IMG/VR virus record: IMGVR_UViG_3300033146_001917
Coordinates: 1 to 64,000 of that record
Source: a virus
Direction: 5' to 3' (one strand)
DNA length: 64,000 nucleotides
The stretch's first letter is position 1, and the number at the start of each line of letters is the position of its first letter. Below the pieces are notes generated by a model. The model was given only the letters and a program-made list of their open reading frames with translations. It ran no database searches and had not been told where the DNA came from. A program made the position numbers and the translations under genes. Positions 28,527 through 37,006 of the stretch are shown here, piece by piece.

Positions 28527-28934
28527 ATGTCACATTGGACTAAGATTAAAACAAGTATGAAAAATATAGAATATGTAAAAGCAGCTTTGAAGAGACTTGA
28601 TTTTACATATGAAGAAGGAAAATTTGTGATCAGACAATATGGACAATCTGAAACAGCACAGATTCGTCTAGCAGAGGCTGTTGGTCTAGCTCGCCAAAAG
28701 GATGGCACATGGGCTATGATCGGCGACGTATATCATGTACGTAGTAATGAAAAGAATAGTAAACTACGTAACTATTATAGTCATAATGATCAATTTCAAC
28801 AAGATTTATCAACAGCATATGCAATTGAGGAAACTAAGTCCGAACTTGAAAGTGCCCAGTTCTTTTGTACGGAAAATGAACAGGCAGTAGTAGGTCAAGA
28901 CGGTAAAATTACTATGGTATTTTCACAATATTAG
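28527..28934 (+). CDS. DUF1257 / Ycf35-like protein
   Basis: MSHWTKIKT...ALKRL...QDGKITMV; follows the Ycf46-like AAA gene. Confidence 0.75.
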   Translation: MSHWTKIKTSMKNIEYVKAALKRLDFTYEEGKFVIRQYGQSETAQIRLAEAVGLARQKDGTWAMIGDVYHVRSNEKNSKLRNYYSHNDQFQQDLSTAYAIEETKSELESAQFFCTENEQAVVGQDGKITMVFSQY

Positions 28935-28945
28935 GAGATAGATAA

Positions 28946-29143
28946 ATGTCACAGGTAACAGTAATTATTGATCCCAAAACAGGCGAACGTGAATATCAAG
29001 TAGAAGGAGTACAGGGTAGTAAATGCACTGATATTACTGAAGTGCTTATAGCTGCTAACGATCATATAGAAACACAACATACAGAAGAGTATGCAGAAGC
29101 CCAAGAGCTTCCAGATTATATTGCAGATATGACAGAAGGTTAA
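28946..29143 (+). CDS. DUF2997-like protein
   Basis: IDPKTG...VEGVQGSKCTDIT...TEEY. Confidence 0.75.
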   Translation: MSQVTVIIDPKTGEREYQVEGVQGSKCTDITEVLIAANDHIETQHTEEYAEAQELPDYIADMTEG

Positions 29144-29145
29144 CC

Positions 29146-29373
29146 ATGGATTATTACGCAACTACAGATTTTTATACAGCCGCTGTTCTTATTTCTATAG
29201 GTTATGAAATTCAAAAAGTAACAACTGAAGGTCGTGTCAAAAAATTTCATTTCGTGGATAATGAGGATATGCGTTCTAGTATTTTATCATATCATAATGG
29301 TACCTTACAGGGCAACTTACGTGATATGCGAAATGGTATTGAAGCAGTTAAGGATATAGTACATTCAGAATAG
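29146..29373 (+). CDS. DUF5659-like small protein
   Basis: YATTDFYTAAVLISIG...FHF. Confidence 0.55.
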   Translation: MDYYATTDFYTAAVLISIGYEIQKVTTEGRVKKFHFVDNEDMRSSILSYHNGTLQGNLRDMRNGIEAVKDIVHSE

Positions 29374-29443
29374 TTTACAATAATAGAAAATCTTATTTCA
29401 TTTTAGTCTGTTATTTTAAACAGACTTTTCTTTTGAGAACAAT

Positions 29444-30241
29444 ATGATTTCAATACCATCGCATTTTAAATATTCACTTAATAGAAAGTTACCATCTGAT
29501 CAATTAATCAACGAATTAATGAGTAGTGCAGTTAGTCAATTTACAAAAAGCGATACCAATACAGAACAGCATGGAAAATTAATTAAAGATACAGAGCAAC
29601 AAGAATGGTACAAAATACAAAATTTTGTATATTATTGGCCATCAAATTGGTATGATAAAAATGTTCCAATATCTCACATTTTAGATTTTGCTATAACCGG
29701 TTATTCTGTTAACGGTATATCTCAAAGTATAAAATTAAATATAACTAACAGCGAACAGATAAAATTACTATTCTATCAATTGCAGACACGCTTTAGGAAT
29801 ACAAAAATTTTTTTTAATAAATATATAATTAAATCTCTAATAAATAAAGGATATGCTAGATTTAGGAATGAACATGATATCTTAACCGAAGTAGATAGGT
29901 TACAATGTCAATTTCCGGGAAGTGATATTAATATTATTACATCTGGAGTAATGGCAGATTATATTAATACCTACATACCCAAATTAATACCTTTGCATAA
30001 TGTTAGAATATCCAAAGATAATACAACGATATTTAAAGATGCAACAATTATTTTTAGTGATGCACAATTAAAAACTAATTATAAATTGCATGCTGATTAC
30101 ACACTAGAACGAATACCTAGACATTGGCGTATTACTATGCATACGAATATATATTTAGGTGTGGATGTAGCTCATGCAACTCAATCACTAGAAACCACGA
30201 TCAACACTATAACTAAACATTCTAGATTTGCTGTATTGTAG
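29444..30241 (+). CDS. hypothetical protein
   Basis: 265 aa ORF. Confidence 0.55.
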   Translation: MISIPSHFKYSLNRKLPSDQLINELMSSAVSQFTKSDTNTEQHGKLIKDTEQQEWYKIQNFVYYWPSNWYDKNVPISHILDFAITGYSVNGISQSIKLNITNSEQIKLLFYQLQTRFRNTKIFFNKYIIKSLINKGYARFRNEHDILTEVDRLQCQFPGSDINIITSGVMADYINTYIPKLIPLHNVRISKDNTTIFKDATIIFSDAQLKTNYKLHADYTLERIPRHWRITMHTNIYLGVDVAHATQSLETTINTITKHSRFAVL

Positions 30242-30247
30242 TATTGT

Positions 30248-30341
30248 ACCGGGATGATGGAATTGGTAGACATTGGGGACTTAAAATCCCTTGAGTTTAG
30301 CTCGTTAGCTCGTGCCGGTTCGAATCCGGCTCCCGGTACCA
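30248..30341 (+). tRNA. tRNA-Leu(TAA), long variable arm
   Basis: ACCGGGA/TCCCGGT acceptor; anticodon loop CTTAAAA; GGTTCGAATCC; ACCA end. Confidence 0.92.
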
Positions 30342-30364
30342 TATTAAAAAAAGAGAGTACAAAA

Positions 30365-31279
30365 ATGAAACAGTTTTTAAATATGAGTACTGCCACTGAA
30401 GTAAATACTCTATTTTTGCAACCAACTTATTATTGTGGTAAGCAATGCAAAAACTGTTATGTTAAACAACATATTACTTCAGATAAAACACAAATACCTG
30501 TAGAAGTGTTTAAAGAATTTGTATCAAAGTTTTTTTTCAATAAAGATAAATGTTGGGCTAACCAAATTACTCTTTCCTTAGATACACTTTCAGTTAATCA
30601 GACTGAACGTGACCATATGTTAGATATATATAAAATATTTAATAATTTAATATATGTATCTAATACAAACGATAGACCTGAATTACATATTACAGTTAAT
30701 GATTTACGTTCATTACGTGATTACTATCCAGAAGCAGTGCCTAATATTGATGTATTAAGTATTACAAATATTTATAATAGTGATGAAACAGCATTGCACG
30801 ATCTGCAAAAATTATTAGGTATTGCTATAAATTGGAATCTATTAGTAACTACAAATGTAGATATTCAATTATTAGCAAATAAAATAAATAAGATAGGGCA
30901 ATTTGTAGATCATATATATTTCTTATTAGAGAAAGTTCCTATTGGTAGTAAGGTGACAGAAAGTGACCGCCAAAATATAAATAGAAATAATATTATCTAC
31001 AAACATCTCAAAAAATATGTTACTACATCTATCTACAATAAAATAACATTAGATAGATGTGCGCAGAGTACATTTGATTTTAGAACTACTGGATATGGAT
31101 GCAGTGCAAATATTTTTCAATTTCAAATCTGGCCAGATGGATCAGTCTCAGGATGTCCATATGCACAAAGTTCCAATACTCAATCTGGTGTTACAGCACA
31201 AGATATTGTAAACAACATACATGAGGCAAGAAATCAATATGACTTCAATAAATGTTATATCGTTAAGGATCTACTATGA
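30365..31279 (+). CDS. radical SAM protein with SPASM/twitch-like C-terminus
   Basis: CGKQCKNC (CxxxCxxC); C...IWPDGSVSGCP. Start moved downstream of the tRNA. Confidence 0.75.
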   Translation: MKQFLNMSTATEVNTLFLQPTYYCGKQCKNCYVKQHITSDKTQIPVEVFKEFVSKFFFNKDKCWANQITLSLDTLSVNQTERDHMLDIYKIFNNLIYVSNTNDRPELHITVNDLRSLRDYYPEAVPNIDVLSITNIYNSDETALHDLQKLLGIAINWNLLVTTNVDIQLLANKINKIGQFVDHIYFLLEKVPIGSKVTESDRQNINRNNIIYKHLKKYVTTSIYNKITLDRCAQSTFDFRTTGYGCSANIFQFQIWPDGSVSGCPYAQSSNTQSGVTAQDIVNNIHEARNQYDFNKCYIVKDLL

Positions 31280-31842
31280 CATCAGCTAAAATGAAAGCCG
31301 ATGCAATGTTACATCGTCTAGTAGGTGGACATGATGTGTATCGCATCATGAAGGAAGACTTCGAACAACACTTTTTTATAAGTGGTAAAACTTTAGGAGA
31401 TTGGATTGAGGTTTTTCGTGTTGAGATCCCAACTGATAATCTGACACCTCAGCTAATTCAAGAACTAGGAATGCAAGTACTTAGATTGCACCAAGAAGCA
31501 GCATTTCATCATGCTGCTTCTCAAGCTCTTACACAATTTGTGAAACGTGGTGGCGAACTTTCTTACTATCATAAATTCAACGAATTAGTTATGGATCATA
31601 AGCGTCACAATGAAAAATTACCAGCAGCAGCAACTCTAGAAGCAATGGCACGTGCAAATACAAATGACGAAGAGTCAGCTGCCTTTCGTGCTGATGTAGG
31701 TACTAAGTTTTGGAAATTAATCTTAGATCATTTGGACACTTGTAGAAAAATACTTGAAACAGCCAGCTATAGTGTTAATAACGAACTTCGCCTTGAACAA
31801 CAAAATAATTACATAGAAAGAATGGGCGGATCTCGTTTATAA
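31276..31842 (+). CDS. hypothetical helical protein
   Basis: AAGGA RBS; 188 aa. Confidence 0.6.
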   Translation: MTSAKMKADAMLHRLVGGHDVYRIMKEDFEQHFFISGKTLGDWIEVFRVEIPTDNLTPQLIQELGMQVLRLHQEAAFHHAASQALTQFVKRGGELSYYHKFNELVMDHKRHNEKLPAAATLEAMARANTNDEESAAFRADVGTKFWKLILDHLDTCRKILETASYSVNNELRLEQQNNYIERMGGSRL

Positions 31843-31854
31843 GGAGAATAATAT

Positions 31855-32151
31855 ATGTCTGAAGAAAATAAACTAATAGAAGACCCGACAAATAAAAAAA
31901 TTAAGATAGGATATGTAGTAGGACTACAAGAAGATGACACACTTATTTTTAATATCATAGGTGACAGTAGTGGATTGATTAATATATTAGGTATTCATAA
32001 ATATGCAGAACATAGAGTAAAATATCTTTTAGACAATTCACAGATCACTGGAGACAGACTAATCCATGAAGTTGGTAAGGGACTCAAGCAAATCATGGAC
32101 ATGTTAGATATCCTAGTAAAGGATAAAACTCCAACAGAAACTAATGAATAA
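31855..32151 (+). CDS. hypothetical protein
   Basis: AAGGAG RBS. Confidence 0.6.
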   Translation: MSEENKLIEDPTNKKIKIGYVVGLQEDDTLIFNIIGDSSGLINILGIHKYAEHRVKYLLDNSQITGDRLIHEVGKGLKQIMDMLDILVKDKTPTETNE

Positions 32152-34102
32152 ATTTACATTAGCTAAATCATTTATAGTCCAATTCGAAGGACGTCAACCA
32201 GAATGGGGACCATTAGGATACATAACATTTAAACGTACATATGCTCGTCCAATTGGAGATCGTACAGAAGAATTCTGGGAAACATTATATCGAGTAGTGA
32301 ATGGTACATACTCAATTCAGAAAGAATATTGCCAAAATCTAAATTTACCATGGGACAATAAGAAAGCTCAACAATCTGCACAAGAAATGTATCAGTTAAT
32401 GTGGGATATGAAGTTTCTCCCACCTGGACGTGGATTGTGGAGTATGGGTACTTCAGTAATTGAAGCTAAAGGTGCAGCACCACTATATAATTGTTCCTTT
32501 ATTAGCACTGATGATATTAAAATTTCTAAGGCGGAACCATTCTGTTTCTTAATGGACATGTCCATGCTAGGTGTAGGTGTAGGTTTTGATACTAGAGGTG
32601 CTAATAAGATAAAAGTTCAAAATCCACAACGAGATGATCGTACATTTGTTGTACCTGATACACGAGAAGGTTGGATAAGTATTGTAGGAACTGTAATCAA
32701 TGCGTATTTTGGTAAAGGTTATTTACCGGCAACGATAGATTATTCTAAAATCAGACCTTATGGATCACCTATTAAAACTTTTGGTGGCACTGCTAGTGGG
32801 CCAGATCCACTTATGCAACTAGTAGATAATGATATACATGAAATACTAGTTCCATTACAAGGCAAAATGTTGGATTCCACAGCCATTGTGGATTTATTCA
32901 ATGCTATTAGCCGTTGTATAGTGAGTGGCAATGTAAGACGTTCAGCATCTATTGCATTAGGTGATATGAATGATCATGAATTTATCGCACTTAAAGATCC
33001 CAATATAAATCAAAAGCGTTTAGAAAAGTGGCGATGGAATTCTAATAATGGAATCATTGCGCAAGTAGGAATGGATTATACGGAGTTAGCAGAACGAAAC
33101 GCAATAAATGGCGAACCAAGTGCATTCTGGTTAGAAAATGCTCAAAATTATGGTCGCATGATTGATGGTCCATTATCTGAGCCAGACAAAAGCATTATAG
33201 GATGTAATCCATGTTCTGAAATATCTATGGAATCATACGAATTTTGTAATGTTCCAGAGACATTTCCAGCTAGACATAACTCATATGCTGAGTATCAACG
33301 AACATTAAAATTTGCTTATTTATATGCTAAAACTGTTACATTAATACCAACACATAATGTACGTGTAAATGCTGTCCAATTACGTAATCGCAAAATTGGA
33401 TTATCAATGAGTGGAGTAGTGCAAGGATTGCATAAACACGGCACTCGCAAATTGCTAAACTGGGCAGACAATGGATATAAGTATTTACGCAAATTAGATA
33501 TTATTTATTCTAATTGGTTATGTGTTCCAACTTCTAAAAAGATAACTTCTGTTAAACCTAGTGGTACTATTTCCTTATTACCTGGAGCTACTCCTGGAGT
33601 TCATTTTCCATATGGAAAGTATTATTGGCGTACTATTAGAATGGATTCGGAATCTGAGTTAGTAAAGAAATTAAGACGAGCAGGGTACAGAATAGTAGAA
33701 GGAGAGGGACACAATACATCTATTGTGTACTTCCCTATTAAAGAAAAAGATTTTTTCAAATCTAGATATGATGTAACAATGTGGGAGCAATTAGAATTAG
33801 TTGCTCAAATGCAACAGTACTGGGCAGACAATCAAATTTCTGTTACTATAACATTTAGGCCAGAAGAAGCTAACCACATTAAGACAGCACTAGAATTATA
33901 TGAAACACGTTTAAAGTCTGTAAGTTTTCTTCCTCTTGAAGGGCATAATTACAAACATGCTCCTTATCAGCCAATAACTAAAGAGGAGTATGACGTAGCT
34001 GTTAGCCAATTGAAACCAATTGATTATAGTGAACTCACAGAAACATATGGATATGAACATACATATTGTGATTCTGATCACTGTGAGTTACCTACGTCCT
34101 AG
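32144..34102 (+). CDS. nrdJ: class II (B12-dependent) ribonucleotide reductase
   Basis: RTYAR, PPGRGLW, NC, GNVRRSA, NPCSE, VKPSGT and C-terminal CDSDHC. Confidence 0.93.
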   Translation: MNKFTLAKSFIVQFEGRQPEWGPLGYITFKRTYARPIGDRTEEFWETLYRVVNGTYSIQKEYCQNLNLPWDNKKAQQSAQEMYQLMWDMKFLPPGRGLWSMGTSVIEAKGAAPLYNCSFISTDDIKISKAEPFCFLMDMSMLGVGVGFDTRGANKIKVQNPQRDDRTFVVPDTREGWISIVGTVINAYFGKGYLPATIDYSKIRPYGSPIKTFGGTASGPDPLMQLVDNDIHEILVPLQGKMLDSTAIVDLFNAISRCIVSGNVRRSASIALGDMNDHEFIALKDPNINQKRLEKWRWNSNNGIIAQVGMDYTELAERNAINGEPSAFWLENAQNYGRMIDGPLSEPDKSIIGCNPCSEISMESYEFCNVPETFPARHNSYAEYQRTLKFAYLYAKTVTLIPTHNVRVNAVQLRNRKIGLSMSGVVQGLHKHGTRKLLNWADNGYKYLRKLDIIYSNWLCVPTSKKITSVKPSGTISLLPGATPGVHFPYGKYYWRTIRMDSESELVKKLRRAGYRIVEGEGHNTSIVYFPIKEKDFFKSRYDVTMWEQLELVAQMQQYWADNQISVTITFRPEEANHIKTALELYETRLKSVSFLPLEGHNYKHAPYQPITKEEYDVAVSQLKPIDYSELTETYGYEHTYCDSDHCELPTS

Positions 34103-34104
34103 AC

Positions 34105-34452
34105 ATGGATAATTCACGCTACGAAAGGACACACTATTACGGTAGTGTGTCCTTTTTTCTTGCCGACTACACTCCCCGACTCGATGAATGTCGGTTCTTA
34201 ATATTAAAAATCATCGAGCAGTCTATAAGAGATTATATTGCACTTTATCAAATAGAATCACAGCCAGAATATGGTGATTGGATAACGGCTAAGGATTTCT
34301 TGTTCGATGATACATACAAAATAAACTGGGGTGACCAAGACATAAGTCTTTTAGAATTATGTGAAATTGTAAACATGGATTTACTGTATCTAAGAAAACG
34401 TGTACAGCAACGCTTTAAAAAAAGGCATTATCATTATGGCCCGAAAAAATGA
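34105..34452 (+). CDS. hypothetical protein
   Basis: IIEQSIRDY...AKDFLF...CEIVNMD, phage-like pattern. Confidence 0.55.
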   Translation: MDNSRYERTHYYGSVSFFLADYTPRLDECRFLILKIIEQSIRDYIALYQIESQPEYGDWITAKDFLFDDTYKINWGDQDISLLELCEIVNMDLLYLRKRVQQRFKKRHYHYGPKK

Positions 34453-35113
34453 ACCTGAAATATCTAGCACTAAACTTGAAATAGCAAAAAAACAATTAGA
34501 AAAACAATTTGGTAAAGGAATCCTTACTCGTGGTTCAGAACGAGTAATGGGAGTAGAGTTCTTTTCATCTCAGTCTATTGGAGTTGATAGGGCATTAGGC
34601 GGCGGATGGCCTCGTGGACGCATGATAGAAATAATGGGTCCTGAATCCAGTGGAAAGACAACACTTACACTGCATGCTATTGCTGAAGTCCAGAAACAAG
34701 GAGGTACAGCTGCATTCATAGACATGGAACATGCCTTAGACCCTATATATGCTACTGCTCTAGGTGTGAACATGGATGAACTGTTTATCTCTCAACCAGA
34801 CCATGCTCAGCAAGCTCTGAGTGTAGTAGATGCATTAGTTGCTACAGGAGATATTGCTTTAGTAGTGATTGACTCAGTTGCTGCTCTAGTACCTCAACAA
34901 GAAATGGATGGTGAAATGGGTGCTAGCAATATGGGGCTACATGCCAGATTAATGAGTCAAGCTATGCGCAAATTAGCAGGCATAACATATAAAACAGGCA
35001 CTACAATTATCTGGATTAATCAAATCAGAATGAAAATTGGAGTGGTATTTGGTAATCCAGAGACATGTGTCTCTCCCTCTACTAAGATAACATGGCGTAA
35101 GATGCATAAATAG
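34436..35113 (+). CDS. recA: RecA N-terminal part fused to a 15-aa intein N-fragment
   Basis: [26 protein letters not shown] and [17 protein letters not shown], then [15 protein letters not shown]. Confidence 0.9.
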   Translation: MARKNEPEISSTKLEIAKKQLEKQFGKGILTRGSERVMGVEFFSSQSIGVDRALGGGWPRGRMIEIMGPESSGKTTLTLHAIAEVQKQGGTAAFIDMEHALDPIYATALGVNMDELFISQPDHAQQALSVVDALVATGDIALVVIDSVAALVPQQEMDGEMGASNMGLHARLMSQAMRKLAGITYKTGTTIIWINQIRMKIGVVFGNPETCVSPSTKITWRKMHK

Positions 35114-35646
35114 ACATATTGACACTACATCAGATTTGATAAGAAAAATGCTCAAGAGACAATAATAAAAGAACTTGGAGAAAGCTTCCCATGGATCAGA
35201 CAGGAACAATAGCCGAATTATTTGCCCAGTGCAATATTGATTGGGAGCAATTAGAACCGGACGATATTGTTGATATATCTCACCTTAATATAGAAACTAA
35301 GAGTTTTGATTTAGCTACCCAAAGATTTGTTTGGAAACAAATCTTAAACTTAAGGCGTAGACATGACGCAGTGGAATATATTGTCAAACAAGACGATAAG
35401 ATAGTTCTACGTTGCAATGGTGCTCATAAAATTCTTATTCATGATGGAGTACATGATATATGGAAAAGTGCAGACAATATATATAAACGATGTCTGTCTA
35501 CTGGTTTTGTATTAGGTGTTACTGGCAGTATGGAACATGATGTTCGTGAAATTCAATGTGAAAAAACGAACAATATTATTCCAGTATTGGATATGGAAGT
35601 CGCTGATACTAGCACCTATATAATAGGTGACCTAATAAATCACAAC
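35066..35646 (+). mobile_element. split intein in RecA (IntN 35066-35110; IntC 35191-35646)
   Basis: Cys1; block B CNGAHK; block F VLDMEV; HN followed by Thr+1 of TTGGNALKFY. Confidence 0.85.
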
Positions 35647-36009
35647 ACTACGGGTGGTAATGCACTCAAGTTTTATGCTTCACAACGAGTAGATATTAGA
35701 CGTATTGGTGTAGTGAAGACAGATGGAAATGCTACTGCGAATAAGACACGAGTTAAGATAATTAAGAACAAAGTAGCCCCTCCATTTAAGGAACATGAAT
35801 TTGAAATTATTTATGGAGTAGGAATTGATATCTACTCAGACTTGTTGGATGTTGCTACCGAATTAGGAATAATAGGTAAGGCCGGTGCATGGTATTCCTA
35901 TAACAACGAAAATATTGGACAAGGACGGATACAGACTGCCCAATATATAAAAGATCGGCCAGAGTTAGTAGCTGAGCTACGAGATAAAATCTTTAATGGT
36001 AAAGGATAA
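35191..36009 (+). CDS. recA: intein C-fragment (152 aa) fused to RecA C-terminal part
   Basis: ...INHN|TTGGNALKFYASQRVDIRR...KNKVAPPF...GAWYSY; GGAG upstream. Confidence 0.9.
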   Translation: MDQTGTIAELFAQCNIDWEQLEPDDIVDISHLNIETKSFDLATQRFVWKQILNLRRRHDAVEYIVKQDDKIVLRCNGAHKILIHDGVHDIWKSADNIYKRCLSTGFVLGVTGSMEHDVREIQCEKTNNIIPVLDMEVADTSTYIIGDLINHNTTGGNALKFYASQRVDIRRIGVVKTDGNATANKTRVKIIKNKVAPPFKEHEFEIIYGVGIDIYSDLLDVATELGIIGKAGAWYSYNNENIGQGRIQTAQYIKDRPELVAELRDKIFNGKG

Positions 36010-37006
36010 CTTTGTACATTTACATGTTCATACTGAATACAGCATACTAGATGGCGTATCTAAAATTGAGTCATTAGTACAGCGTGTTAAAAATTTAGGA
36101 ATGCCTGCTTGTGCAATTACAGACCATGGAGTACTTCATGGTGTAATTGAGTTCTATAAGGCATGTAAGAAGCATGATATAAAACCTATAATAGGATGCG
36201 AAGCATATGTGACTAATGATCCTGACGATACAGAGAAAAGTAATTGTACACGTGACAATTACCATATGGTAATGCTCTGTCAGAACGAAGTGGGATTCAA
36301 AAATCTAGTATGGTTAATTAATCAAGCTAATATACATAACTTCTATTACAAACCTAGAATATCTTGGAATAATTTAGCGGCACACAGTGATGGACTAATT
36401 GTTACATCAGCATGTCTAGCAGGACCCCTCGCGAAAAAAAATAATAACGAAAAAAAGATTCGAGGTTTGTTCTATGATAAAGAAACCCAAACAGTCTCGG
36501 ATCCGCTAGGCAGCGGACGTGAACGCGCAAGGCAACTTGCGGATATATTTGGTGATAGATTTTATGTTGAAATACAACCGCACCAAATGTGGGAACAACA
36601 AGCATACAATAAATGGGCTATCCAACTTGCTCGTGACGAGGGATATGAGTTAGTTATAACCACAGATGCTCATTATTTACGTCAAGAAGATAAGGAAGTC
36701 CATGAATTACTCATGGCTCAACAGTTAAAGAAAACTTTAACTGAATATCTAGATGGAGAAATAATGAGATATGAAGGTGGCGAATTTTGGATACGCGAGA
36801 CAGATGAGATGTATAAAGAAGCACGTAAACTAGGTGCCTTCAATGCATGTATTAACACTGTTCGAATTGCGGAACGTTGTAACCTAGAAATAGAATTAGG
36901 TGAATACGAAATTCCAGATTATGATATAACACTTACTCCGGACTACAAGGACTTTAAACAGTGGCAAATTCAGAACTCAATGATTACTTCCGTTATAAAT
37001 GTTTAA
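35996..37006 (+). CDS. dnaE: DNA polymerase III alpha, PHP domain as a separate gene
   Basis: FVHLHVHTEYSILDG, ITDHG, GCEAY, YYKPRI, SACLAG and TDAHY. Confidence 0.9.
   Translation: MVKDNFVHLHVHTEYSILDGVSKIESLVQRVKNLGMPACAITDHGVLHGVIEFYKACKKHDIKPIIGCEAYVTNDPDDTEKSNCTRDNYHMVMLCQNEVGFKNLVWLINQANIHNFYYKPRISWNNLAAHSDGLIVTSACLAGPLAKKNNNEKKIRGLFYDKETQTVSDPLGSGRERARQLADIFGDRFYVEIQPHQMWEQQAYNKWAIQLARDEGYELVITTDAHYLRQEDKEVHELLMAQQLKKTLTEYLDGEIMRYEGGEFWIRETDEMYKEARKLGAFNACINTVRIAERCNLEIELGEYEIPDYDITLTPDYKDFKQWQIQNSMITSVINV

Noticed and set aside
30254-30364. N-terminal extension of the radical SAM ORF
   Set aside because: It is a translation of the tRNA-Leu gene; ATG 30365 is the more likely start.
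35111-35190. Simple stop readthrough or a self-splicing intron in recA
   Set aside because: The 77-nt gap changes frame and is far too short for a group I or group II intron.
36950-36961. TTTAAAC slippery site joining PHP and DnaE by -1 frameshift
   Set aside because: The heptamer is in the wrong phase and the -1 frame has TAA at 36955; an RBS plus GTG explains independent initiation.
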